Translations under genes and position numbers: made by a program
DNA from: Eubacteriales Family XIII. Incertae Sedis bacterium
GTDB taxonomy: Bacteria; Bacillota; Clostridia; Peptostreptococcales; Anaerovoracaceae
Length of the DNA stretch: 32,994 bases
Direction of reading: 5' to 3'
Assembly: GCA_031255695.1 (NCBI GenBank)
Contig: JAIRSA010000072.1
Coordinates: 1 to 32,994 of the forward strand
Shown: positions 1-8,341 of the stretch, piece after piece
Layout: each line of letters starts with the position of its first letter
Position numbering within the stretch: position 1 is the stretch's first letter
The notes under the pieces: model-generated
What the model was told of the DNA's origin: nothing
Seen by the model: only the letters and a program-made list of their open reading frames with translations
The model's database searches: none

Positions 1-1809
1 GGCAATGAGCTGGTCCTGTCTACGCTGCAGGCCTTCCCGACCGTGGATTCGGTGGTAGAGGGGGTGGAGATGCTTGCGTCACGGGGCGTCGCCGCCCTGG
101 GGATCCACCAAGGCGCAGGCTCTATGGCGCTCGACCCAAGGATAACCGGCGCTGCCGACAGGTGGGGCTTCCCTCTGTTCACGGTGCCGAAGCAGGTGCC
201 GTACTCCATAATATTTACAGGCGTGTACGAGCGCATATTCAGCAAACAGATCGCCGGCATGGTAAAATCCGAAGAGATAAACAGCGCGCTCACGAAGGCG
301 CTCTTCGCCAAGGACAGCGTGGAGGCCATCGCCAGGACGCTCAGCGGCTTCACCAAGAAGACGGTGGCGATACTGGACGAAGGCTGCCGGCCTATCAGCG
401 GCTGCCCTGCGAGCGATATCGGCAGGGGCTTCGTCGCTGCCCTGAAAACAGAAGAGGCGCGTGGCGCCCTATGCGCCATGAGGGACGGGGGCGGCCGCAC
501 GGCGGGCGCCAACGATATCAGGCATGGCGCCATCAAGCTCGGCTCAAGGCTTTATGAGATCGGGTTCTGTAAGTCGTTTTCCGGCAATGAGTACGTAGGC
601 GGCATTGTGCTGCTGCTCGACGGCACAGGCCAGGGCCTGGACCAGCAGGGCGGGGACGGGCATCGGGATGGCGGCCGTGGTCTGGGCCGGGGCGAAGGCG
701 CGGGTCATGATGGCGGCCGGAGGCAGGAGCGGGGCCAGGGCGAAGGCGCGGGCTCGGCTGAAGGCGCGGGTCATGATGGCGGGCTGGGGCAGGAGCGGGG
801 TCAGGGCGAAGGCGCGGGGCATGATGGCAGCCGGAGGCAGGAGCGGGACCGGGGCGAAGGCGCGGGCTTGGCTGAAGGCGCGGCCCTGGGCCAGCAGGGC
901 GGGCTGTACGAGCGGCAGGTGGACATGCTGGCCCTTTCGCATTCGGCGACCTCGCTCGCCATAGTACATATGAAGAAACGCGCGGTAATGGAAGCCGAGG
1001 ACAAGATGCGCGGGGATCTATACAGCAGCCTGCTGGACGGGACAGCCCGCGCGGAGGGCGCGGCGAGCATGCAGGCCGCAAAGCTGGGCATACCGCTGAA
1101 TGGGGTATATTGCGTGGCTGAGATGAAGATCTGCTACGCCCGGCCGGCGGCACTGGACGGTGGCCGGATCGCGGCCAACGCCGAATGCATATTCGAGCCC
1201 GTGCGCCGGAGCCTCAGGCAGTTCCATGAAAAAAACGCGCTGATCGCCAAGAAGGACGGGTGTTTCATGGTGCTGAACCTAGCCAGGGGCGTCACACAGG
1301 CCTGCCTGGACGAAAAGATACAAGCGGTTTTCAGCTGCGCGAAAGGCGCGGCCGCCGGGCTGCCGGCCAGCCCGGAGATCCTCATAGGCGTCGGCGGGAT
1401 GCAGGAATCGCTGATGCGCATCGCCATGAGCGGCGGGCAGGCGGGGCGCGCCCTCAGGCTAGGCAGCAGGGTGGCGCGCGGCAGAGGGGTATTCAATTTT
1501 GGCAAGATGGGGGTCTACTCGCTGCTGGATGTAGACAGCATGGAAGATTTCAGCGCGAACTGCGCGCAGGAGCTAGGGCTGATATCCCGGCTCTGCGGCG
1601 AGAACGCCAATACATACCTCGATACCCTGGAGGCCTATTTCGATCTCGGCGAGTCCATGACGGCGGCGGCGAAGAGCCTGGACATACACGTGAATACTGT
1701 AAAATACCGCATAAACAAGCTCAAGGAAGCTTTGGGCGAGGCCGTGTTCAGCGACGGGCAGGAAAAGATGCGGATATATCTGCTGACGAAGATGCGCAAG
1801 CTCCTGTGA
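1..1809 (+). CDS. PucR/CdaR-family transcriptional regulator, 5' end probably outside the window
   Basis: The frame is open from base 1 (GNELVLSTLQAFPT precedes the GTG at 43). It has a C-terminal PucR-type HTH (MTAAAKSLDIHVNTVKYRINKLKEALG) and a TGA stop at 1807-1809. A 16-aa repeat insertion sits mid-protein. Confidence 0.8.
   Translation, partial: GNELVLSTLQAFPTVDSVVEGVEMLASRGVAALGIHQGAGSMALDPRITGAADRWGFPLFTVPKQVPYSIIFTGVYERIFSKQIAGMVKSEEINSALTKALFAKDSVEAIARTLSGFTKKTVAILDEGCRPISGCPASDIGRGFVAALKTEEARGALCAMRDGGGRTAGANDIRHGAIKLGSRLYEIGFCKSFSGNEYVGGIVLLLDGTGQGLDQQGGDGHRDGGRGLGRGEGAGHDGGRRQERGQGEGAGSAEGAGHDGGLGQERGQGEGAGHDGSRRQERDRGEGAGLAEGAALGQQGGLYERQVDMLALSHSATSLAIVHMKKRAVMEAEDKMRGDLYSSLLDGTARAEGAASMQAAKLGIPLNGVYCVAEMKICYARPAALDGGRIAANAECIFEPVRRSLRQFHEKNALIAKKDGCFMVLNLARGVTQACLDEKIQAVFSCAKGAAAGLPASPEILIGVGGMQESLMRIAMSGGQAGRALRLGSRVARGRGVFNFGKMGVYSLLDVDSMEDFSANCAQELGLISRLCGENANTYLDTLEAYFDLGESMTAAAKSLDIHVNTVKYRINKLKEALGEAVFSDGQEKMRIYLLTKMRKLL
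655..895. repeat. in-frame GC-rich minisatellite inside the PucR gene (48-nt units starting at 691, 739, 805 and 853; two carry a 21-nt sub-unit)
   Basis: GGCGAAGGCGCGGG recurs at those positions, and the protein reads GEGAGHDGGRRQERGQ about four times. Confidence 0.85.
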
Positions 1810-1975
1810 TGGCGGCGCAGCCCCCGGCCAGGCGCAGCTTTCGGCCGGCCCATGGGCGGGCGCATCCGGATGCATCCCCTTCCGGGAGCCGCCCCGCCCC
1901 GGCCGGACGCATCCGGACATATGCCCTTGCTGGGGCCCCGCCCCGGCCAGGCGCAGCCCCCGGCCCGATGCCATA
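1806..1975. repeat. GC-rich intergenic direct repeats (CCCCGGCCAGGCGCAGC and GCATCCGGA motifs, each twice)
   Basis: Seen by eye between the pucR stop and the hyuA promoter region. Includes the palindrome GCATCCGGATGC at 1862-1873. Confidence 0.6.
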
Positions 1976-2105
1976 GTGGCAATCGGACATTTTTTTTGCC
2001 TTATTTTGTCCGCTGCGGATATTGTGTTATTGCCATAAGCGAATATATAATGAAGGCAATATTATGCCGACAGCACCTGCATTAACGGAAGGAGGAGTAT
2101 GGCCT

Positions 2106-4178
2106 ATGAGGATCGCGACTGATATTGGCGGGACATTTACAGATCTTGTGGCACTTGACGGGCAAGGGAACATCTGCATCGTAAAGGGGGACACGACGCC
2201 CCCTGATTATGAGCGGGGCGTGATTGCCGCGCTGGAGGCGAGCGGGATAAAGCCTACGGAGGTGAGCGATTTCATCCACGGGGCCACGACGATCATCAAT
2301 GCCCTGACGGAGCGCAAGGGGGCGAAGACGGGCCTCATAACGACAAAGGGCTTCCGCGATGTGCTGGAGATCGCCCGGTGCAACCGGCCGGATCTGTTCA
2401 ACCTTGTATTTGCCAAGCCGCGCCCGTTCATACCGCGGCATCTGCGTTTCGAGGTCGAGGAGAGGGTGGCCCACGACGGGGCGGTGATAACCCCGCTGAA
2501 CAAGGGCGATATAGCCAAGGCGGTGGAGGCGCTCAAAAAAGAGGGTGTGGAGGCGGTGGCCGTCTGCTACATAAATTCGTATGCCAACGGCGCGCATGAG
2601 CGCGAGACGGCAGAATACATAAGGGAGCTGTGGGGGGATGTATTTGTCGCGGCTTCGGTCGAGGTGACGCGGGAATGGCGCGAATACGAGCGCACTTCCA
2701 CCGCCGCGCTCAATGCCTATGTGGGGCCGGTGGCCTCGCGGTATATCGACAAGCTGGAGAAGAAGCTCGAAGAGGCCGGCGTGAAGGCGGGCAAGTACTT
2801 CATGCAGTCCAACGGCGGCGCCACTTCGTTCAGCTGGGCGAAGACAGCGCCGATAAGCATGGTGGAGTCGGGGCCGGTGGCCGGCGTGTTCGGGGCGGCT
2901 GTCCTTGGGCAGATCATCGGGGAGAAGCAGATAATAGCCCTCGACGTGGGCGGGACTACAGCCAAGTGCTCGCTCATAGACGGAGGGGAAGTGAAGATAA
3001 CGACGAATTACCGCATCGAGCGCGATGAACGCAATGCGGGCTACCCCATCATGGTGCCTGTGGTGGATATCGTCGAGATCGGCAACGGCGGCGGATCCAT
3101 AGCCTGGATCGACGATGCCGGCTCGCTGCGGGTCGGGCCGAAATCGGCGGGCGCCATGCCAGGCCCGGTTGCCTACGGGCGCGGCGGCACCGAGCCCACT
3201 ACGACGGACGCCTGCCTCGTGGCCGGCAGGCTTTCCGCGAAGAACTTTGACAGCGCGGTGGACATCGGCGCGGTCAAGGAGGCGCTGATGTCGCGCGTGG
3301 GCGGGCCGCTGGGCGTAGATGCGGAACAGGCCGCGACGAGCGTGATACGCGTTGCGGAGTCGAATATGTACAACGCACTGAAACTGATATCGGTGAGGCG
3401 GGGCTACGACCCGCGCGATTTCGCGTTGGTGGCATTCGGCGGGGGCGGCCCCATGCACGCGACGGCCCTGGCTGACGAGCTGGGCATAGGCAAGGTGATA
3501 ATCCCGGTGGCGGCGGCTGTGTTTTCCGCATGGGGCATGCTGATGACCGATCTGCGGCATGACTATATACAGACGAAGATCAGGATGCTGGACGAGGCGG
3601 CGCCCGATGAATGGAACGCGATGTGGGGCGCCCTGCTTGAAGAGGCCAAGTCGGGCTTCGCTGCCCACGGCGTACAGGACAGCGCTCTGGCGTACAGCTA
3701 TTATGCCGACATGCGCTATGCGGGGCAGGAACATACGGTAAAGGTGCAGACGCCGGCGCCGTCATGGGACGATGCGGCGAAAGCGGAGATCGTAGAGCGC
3801 TTCCACGCCGCGCATGAGCATTATTATACCTACCGCCTTGAGGGCGTGGCCGTCGAGGTCGTGAACCTGCATCTGGCCGTGCACGGGCACATGCAGAAGC
3901 CGGAGCTGAACAGGCTGGAGAAGAGGGGCAAGGACGCGGGCATTGCGCTGAAGGAAAGGCGCAGGGCGTTTTTCACTGGCAGCGGATGGCTTGAGGCGGA
4001 TGTCTACGAGCGCGCCGCGCTTCCGGCCGGGGCGCGCATAGCGGGGCCGGCGATCGTAGAGGAAAAGGCGGCGTCCACCCTTGTCGGGGCAGGCTGGGCC
4101 TTGACTGTAGACGATTATGGCAACCTGATCATAGAGAGGGCCGGTGCGCCTGCCAATGAAGGGAGGGACGGAAAATGA
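2106..4178 (+). CDS. hyuA: hydantoinase/oxoprolinase family A subunit (N-methylhydantoinase A / 5-oxoprolinase-like, ATP-dependent)
   Basis: MRIATDIGGTFTDLV N-terminal motif and ~690 aa length. GGAGGAG lies 8 nt upstream of ATG 2106, so the track ORF start at 2022 is probably too early. Confidence 0.85.
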   Translation: MRIATDIGGTFTDLVALDGQGNICIVKGDTTPPDYERGVIAALEASGIKPTEVSDFIHGATTIINALTERKGAKTGLITTKGFRDVLEIARCNRPDLFNLVFAKPRPFIPRHLRFEVEERVAHDGAVITPLNKGDIAKAVEALKKEGVEAVAVCYINSYANGAHERETAEYIRELWGDVFVAASVEVTREWREYERTSTAALNAYVGPVASRYIDKLEKKLEEAGVKAGKYFMQSNGGATSFSWAKTAPISMVESGPVAGVFGAAVLGQIIGEKQIIALDVGGTTAKCSLIDGGEVKITTNYRIERDERNAGYPIMVPVVDIVEIGNGGGSIAWIDDAGSLRVGPKSAGAMPGPVAYGRGGTEPTTTDACLVAGRLSAKNFDSAVDIGAVKEALMSRVGGPLGVDAEQAATSVIRVAESNMYNALKLISVRRGYDPRDFALVAFGGGGPMHATALADELGIGKVIIPVAAAVFSAWGMLMTDLRHDYIQTKIRMLDEAAPDEWNAMWGALLEEAKSGFAAHGVQDSALAYSYYADMRYAGQEHTVKVQTPAPSWDDAAKAEIVERFHAAHEHYYTYRLEGVAVEVVNLHLAVHGHMQKPELNRLEKRGKDAGIALKERRRAFFTGSGWLEADVYERAALPAGARIAGPAIVEEKAASTLVGAGWALTVDDYGNLIIERAGAPANEGRDGK

Positions 4179-5893
4179 GCTTCACGGATACTGTTACTCT
4201 GGATATTGTGAAAGATTCGCTGCTGGCGATAGGGGACGAAATATTCTACGGCTTCGCGCAGACTGCCATGAGCCCCATCATATACGAGACGCTGGACTAT
4301 GCGTGCGGGATCGCGGACGCGGATGGCGAGCTGCTGACGCAGGGCAACGGCGCGTGCGGCTTCATAGGGCTGATAGCCCCGATGATCGGGGAGATCATAG
4401 GGAAGTTCGGCAAGGGGAATATGCGGCCGGGCGATGTCTTCATTATAAATGACCCGTATCGCGGCGGCGGCACACACCTGTCGGATATTGGCATGGTAAT
4501 GCCTGTATTCTACGAGGATGAGATCGTGGCCTTCGTGGGGAACAAGGCCCACTGGGGGGATGTCGGAGGCATGTCGCCCGGCTCGTTCACCACCGACAGC
4601 GCGGAGGTCTTCCAGGAGGGCCTGCGCTTTTCGGGGGTCAGGCTGATGGACGCAGGCGAGATCAATACCGATGTCACCGACATAATATTCGCCAATGTCC
4701 GCTTCCCGGAGGCGGCGAACGGGGACATGTGGGGGCAGATATCGTCCCTGCGCACGGGCTACAACCGCATTTCCGAGCTATGCGGCAAGTATGGCAAGGG
4801 GCTGCTGCTCCAGTCCATGGCGAGGCTCATGGATCAGGGCGAGGCGGCCGCGCGCGCCAGGCTCAAGGAAATGCCCAAGGGCGTGTACGAGGCCGAACAG
4901 TTCATGGACGACGACGGGCGCGGAAACCTGGTGAACATCAAGGTGAAGGTGACAATAAGCGACGACGAGTTCGTGGCTGACTTCACGGGGAGCAGCCCGC
5001 AGGTCATGAGCCCCGTGAACACGGGCTATAGCTCGCTGTGCGCGGGCGTGAAGGTGGCCTACATGTCCATAGTGAATCCGGGCTTGGCCGTGAACGACGG
5101 GGTGTTCAGGGTAATGAAGGTGATCGCCGAGGAGCATTCGGTCCTGATGTGCGATGCGCCCGCACCCACTTCCTGCTACTACGAGAGCATGCTGTACGCG
5201 CTCGACACTGTCTGGAAGGCGCTTGCGCCGGCTTTCCCGGAATATCTGGGAGCCGGGCATATGCTCAGCGTGTGCGCGGTGATCCTGTCGGGCGCGCACC
5301 ACAAGAGCGGCCTGCCCTTCCTCATCGTGGAGCCGACAGGCGGCGGCTGGGGCGCTTCGCGCGGCAAGGACGGCGAGACGGGCCAGTTCTGCGTAGGGGA
5401 CGGCGAGACATACAATGTGCCTATTGAAATGGCGGAGACGCGCTATGGCATACGCGTCGAGGAATACAGCCTGAACACGGACGGCAAGGGCGCTGGGGAA
5501 TTCCGCGGCGGCTCCGGCGCCGTGAGGTCATACCGCGCGCTCACGGACGGGCAGATGTTCTCCGCGTCGTTCGGGCGGAACAAATTCCCGGCCTGGGGGG
5601 CGGACGGCGGCCATGACGGCTCATACAATTATTTTGAATTCCATAGGGCGGACGGGACTGTCGAAGGGCCTATGGGAGTGACGGCGCGCACGATCCTCAA
5701 CAATGGCGACCTCGCGCGCATGATAACGTGCACGGGCGGCGGGTACGGGCCGCCGGAGAAGAGGGATCCGGAACGCGTGGCGGCCGATGTCAAGGACGGC
5801 TACATCAGCTTGGAGCAGGCGGAAAAGGACTACGGCGTCATAGTGGATCCGGGGACCTTTGCGGTGCGCGGGCTGAAGCGGGGGGAGGCGTGA
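4175..5893 (+). CDS. hyuB: hydantoinase B/oxoprolinase family subunit
   Basis: 572 aa with a HyuB-like region (INDPYRGGGTHLSDI). ATGA start/stop overlap with hyuA at 4175-4178. Confidence 0.85.
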   Translation: MSFTDTVTLDIVKDSLLAIGDEIFYGFAQTAMSPIIYETLDYACGIADADGELLTQGNGACGFIGLIAPMIGEIIGKFGKGNMRPGDVFIINDPYRGGGTHLSDIGMVMPVFYEDEIVAFVGNKAHWGDVGGMSPGSFTTDSAEVFQEGLRFSGVRLMDAGEINTDVTDIIFANVRFPEAANGDMWGQISSLRTGYNRISELCGKYGKGLLLQSMARLMDQGEAAARARLKEMPKGVYEAEQFMDDDGRGNLVNIKVKVTISDDEFVADFTGSSPQVMSPVNTGYSSLCAGVKVAYMSIVNPGLAVNDGVFRVMKVIAEEHSVLMCDAPAPTSCYYESMLYALDTVWKALAPAFPEYLGAGHMLSVCAVILSGAHHKSGLPFLIVEPTGGGWGASRGKDGETGQFCVGDGETYNVPIEMAETRYGIRVEEYSLNTDGKGAGEFRGGSGAVRSYRALTDGQMFSASFGRNKFPAWGADGGHDGSYNYFEFHRADGTVEGPMGVTARTILNNGDLARMITCTGGGYGPPEKRDPERVAADVKDGYISLEQAEKDYGVIVDPGTFAVRGLKRGEA

Positions 5894-5895
5894 CA

Positions 5896-6357
5896 ATGCT
5901 TGTGATGAAGTACAGTGAGCTTGAGCACAGGCTGCGCCCGGACGGCGTGGAGATGACGGAGTTCTTCGGCGCGGCCGGCGCTGCGGCCGGTGCCGCTTCA
6001 GGTGCGGTTTCCGGCGGCACAGACAGCGGCGCGGGCGGCACGCTCGCCGGCGCTGGCAGCGGCGCAGGGGGCAGTGCGGGTGGCGCTTTGGCCGGCGCAA
6101 GTGGCGCACTGGCCGGCGCTGGCGTGCAGATGGGCCTGGGCGTATTCCCGCCGGGCATGGAAGCGCCGCCCGCCATCCATAGCGAGGACGAGTATGCCTT
6201 CGTGCTGTCGGGGACCGTAAAGGCGAGGGTCAATGGCGCTGTGTGCGTCGCGGAGGCAGGATCCGCCACCTTCATACCTGCGGGCGAGGAGCATGTAAGC
6301 TTCAATGACGGCCCGGAGGAATGCCGCGTGGTGTGGATGCTGGTGGCGAGGCGATGA
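5896..6357 (+). CDS. cupin-domain protein with a Gly/Ala-rich insertion
   Basis: Cupin barrel motifs (HSEDEYAFVLSG...FIPAGEEH). GGGGGAGG SD 7 nt upstream of ATG 5896, which is 2 nt after the hyuB stop. Confidence 0.65.
   Translation: MLVMKYSELEHRLRPDGVEMTEFFGAAGAAAGAASGAVSGGTDSGAGGTLAGAGSGAGGSAGGALAGASGALAGAGVQMGLGVFPPGMEAPPAIHSEDEYAFVLSGTVKARVNGAVCVAEAGSATFIPAGEEHVSFNDGPEECRVVWMLVARR
5968..6126. repeat. in-frame Gly/Ala/Ser low-complexity insertion in the cupin gene (53 aa)
   Basis: GCCGGCGCTGGC-type degenerate repeats. The protein reads GAAGAAAGAASGAVSGG...ALAGASGALAGAG between the cupin N-terminal strand and the barrel core. Confidence 0.7.
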
Positions 6358-7478
6358 GCGATATGGATGCCGCCACATCGGCGGCCGGCAATATGGCCGA
6401 GGCCTGCGCGGCCAGGCGGCGCAAGGTGGCGGAGGGCATGCGGGGCAGCGGCATAGGGCAGATCATAGTGTCTGCCGCCCCGTCCGTGTTCTGGCTCACG
6501 GGGTTTTGGACGGAGCCGCACGAGCGCATGCTGGCGCTGTACCTGGACAGTTCGGGCCGGTGCGTCCTCTTCGGCAACAGGCTCTTCCAGATCGACAGCG
6601 CCGCCTTCCCATTCGAATGCGTGCTGCATAGCGATGGCGAGGATCCGGTGGAGCAGCTGGCTTCAGTGGTAAAGCCTGGAAAGATAGGAATCGATAAAAC
6701 GTGGCAATCTCGCTTCCTAATTGAACTAATGACATTGCGTCCCGACCTGGCGCCCTGCCATGGGTCGGCGCCCGTGGACGCTGCGCGGATGCGCAAGGAC
6801 GATGTGGAGATCGGCCTGATGCGGGCGGCGTCCGCCATGAACGACAAGGCCATGGCGGCGGCCATCGGCGCGTTGCGGGAAGGTATGGCGGAGACGGAGC
6901 TTGCGGCGGCCATCGTGGAAGCCTATACCGGCCTGGGCGCTGATTTCCCCATAGGGCCCCAGTGCGTGTGCTTCGGCGAGAACGCCGCCGACCCGCACCA
7001 CATGCCGGCAGGGACAGCCCTGAAAGGCGGGGACTGTGTGCTGATCGACATATTCACGCCGCTGTCCAGGTACTGGTGCGACATGACGCGCACTGTGTAT
7101 TTCAAGGGCTTGAGCAGGGAAGAAGAGACAGCCTACGAGGCCGTGCGGGCGGCCAGCGCGGCAGCCATCGCGGAGATCCGGCCGGGTGTGCCGCTGAGCC
7201 GCATAGACGCTGCGGCGCGCGGCGTGATCGAGGCTGCGGGCTACGGCAGCCGCTTTATCCACAGGCTGGGGCACGGGGCGGGGCTCGAATGCCATGAGCC
7301 GCCCGAGTGCAGCGCGGCGTCCGGGGCGCTGGCCGAGCCCGGCATGGTCTTTTCCGTGGAGCCGGGCATATATGTGCCAGGCAGCTTCGGCATACGGATA
7401 GAGGATCTGATTCTGGTCACGGAAGCCGGCTGTGAAGTGCTTAATCATTTCCCTAAGGAAGTGTGCATCATTACTTGA
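6354..7478 (+). CDS. M24-family metallopeptidase (Xaa-Pro dipeptidase/aminopeptidase-like)
   Basis: Pita-bread metal ligand motifs are present (LIDIF / YWCDMTRT, HRLGHGAGLECHEPP, SVEPGIY, IRIEDL). ATGA overlap with the cupin stop at 6354-6357. Confidence 0.8.
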   Translation: MSDMDAATSAAGNMAEACAARRRKVAEGMRGSGIGQIIVSAAPSVFWLTGFWTEPHERMLALYLDSSGRCVLFGNRLFQIDSAAFPFECVLHSDGEDPVEQLASVVKPGKIGIDKTWQSRFLIELMTLRPDLAPCHGSAPVDAARMRKDDVEIGLMRAASAMNDKAMAAAIGALREGMAETELAAAIVEAYTGLGADFPIGPQCVCFGENAADPHHMPAGTALKGGDCVLIDIFTPLSRYWCDMTRTVYFKGLSREEETAYEAVRAASAAAIAEIRPGVPLSRIDAAARGVIEAAGYGSRFIHRLGHGAGLECHEPPECSAASGALAEPGMVFSVEPGIYVPGSFGIRIEDLILVTEAGCEVLNHFPKEVCIIT

Positions 7479-7550
7479 ACGGAGACCGGCTATTGATATA
7501 AGCTTGAATTTAATGCGACTATACGATGCTAACTACATATAATCTTGCTT

Positions 7551-7584
7551 TATGGCGCGAACGGCCACCTATGTTTGCGCCATA
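7551..7584 (+). terminator. hairpin downstream of the hyu operon
   Basis: TATGGCGCGAAC...GTTTGCGCCATA forms a ~12-bp stem with a 10-nt loop. The U tract is weak. Confidence 0.35.
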
Positions 7585-7795
7585 TCTGTCTATCCGACCA
7601 TAAAAACCCTGTAAATATTAAGCATTATGCGATTTTGAAATGCATGATATGAAAAAAACAATTAGAAAAGTACAAAAATACAACCCTGATAAAAATAAAC
7701 TTTTTAATTTCAATTAAATGGCTAAATTGCAACGTTTCGAGCAATTAATTACAATAATATATTGTATAAATCTAAAAAAAGTCTCTGAGTTGTGT

Positions 7796-7823
7796 TTGGC
7801 AATTTAAAGACGAGGTATATAAT
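7796..7823 (+). promoter_or_regulatory. candidate sigma-A promoter (TTGGCA-16-TATAAT)
   Basis: Hexamers at 7796-7801 and 7818-7823. A second candidate, TTGCAA-17-TACAAT, lies at 7727-7755. The AT-rich context raises the chance-match risk. Confidence 0.4.
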
Positions 7824-8141
7824 ACTTGCGAAAAGTTAAAAAGTATTAGCGGCAACCAGGACAGAGCAGTAATCATCGCAGCGCCCCTTATCGGGGGGCA
7901 CGGAACAAAAGGGCGGGACGAGCAGTCAGAGTTTTAGGCCACATTGAAGGACGGGGACCTGAAAAAACACCTGCGCACCACAGGCTTGCTTCCTTGTGCC
8001 CAGACAAAGGCAGGGCAGCCATGAATGGCAGGAAGGTTTGTGCGGCAGGACGGACGGGCAGCGCTAGGCAGCCCGAAAAGGAGGTTGATACACGATTATA
8101 GGTTTAGGCATTGATATCAGGCATCTGATACAGACGAAGCA

Positions 8142-8195
8142 GACATAGACATAGACATAGACATAGACATCGACATAGACATAGACATAGACATC
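8142..8195. repeat. hexanucleotide array (GACATA)4 GACATC (GACATA)3 GACATC
   Basis: Nine perfect head-to-tail hexamers, 147 nt upstream of the AraC start. Confidence 0.95.
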
Positions 8196-8341
8196 GCAGA
8201 TACGCTGGGCGGACGCGGCAGGAAGCCGGCGGGCGAGGAGTAATACCGTTATCCACGTTTTAACCGGATAGCAGTATAAGGCAGAAAAGGGAAGTGGGAA
8301 TATACGGAAATAGTTAGAGATTCAAGAGGGGGTCCAACAGA

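Noticed and set aside
2022-2105. Upstream extensions of hyuA (2022), cupin (5728), M24 (6321), niaR (19733) and pyrG (23757) given by the ORF track
   Set aside because: Family N-termini and SD positions, or ATGA coupling, support the downstream starts at 2106, 5896, 6354, 19751 and 23829.
2082-3734. Long antisense or alternative-frame ORFs: 2082..3734(-), 8249..9088(-), 10172..11302(+), 15416..16591(+), 17310..18059(+), 21517..23220(-), 29757..30641(-), 31708..32442(-) and many shorter ones
   Set aside because: These are shadow ORFs typical of high-GC DNA. They have Arg/Pro/His/Gly-rich compositions with no motifs, and each fully overlaps a gene with strong family signatures.
7649-7717. 22-aa sORF MKKTIRKVQKYNPDKNKLFNFN in the AT-rich island
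   Set aside because: It has no Shine-Dalgarno sequence, and short ORFs of this kind are expected by chance in AT-rich DNA. It cannot be supported from sequence alone.
7830-8140. Known riboswitch or housekeeping RNA (cobalamin, SAM, glycine, ykkC, glmS, T-box, SRP, RNase P, tmRNA, 6S)
   Set aside because: None of the signature motifs I can recall is present. This is only a by-eye check, so the region is kept as an unclassified candidate in the findings.
8249-8257. DnaA-box-like TTATCCACG near an AT-rich region (possible origin)
   Set aside because: It is a single 8/9 match with no box cluster and no dnaA/dnaN context.
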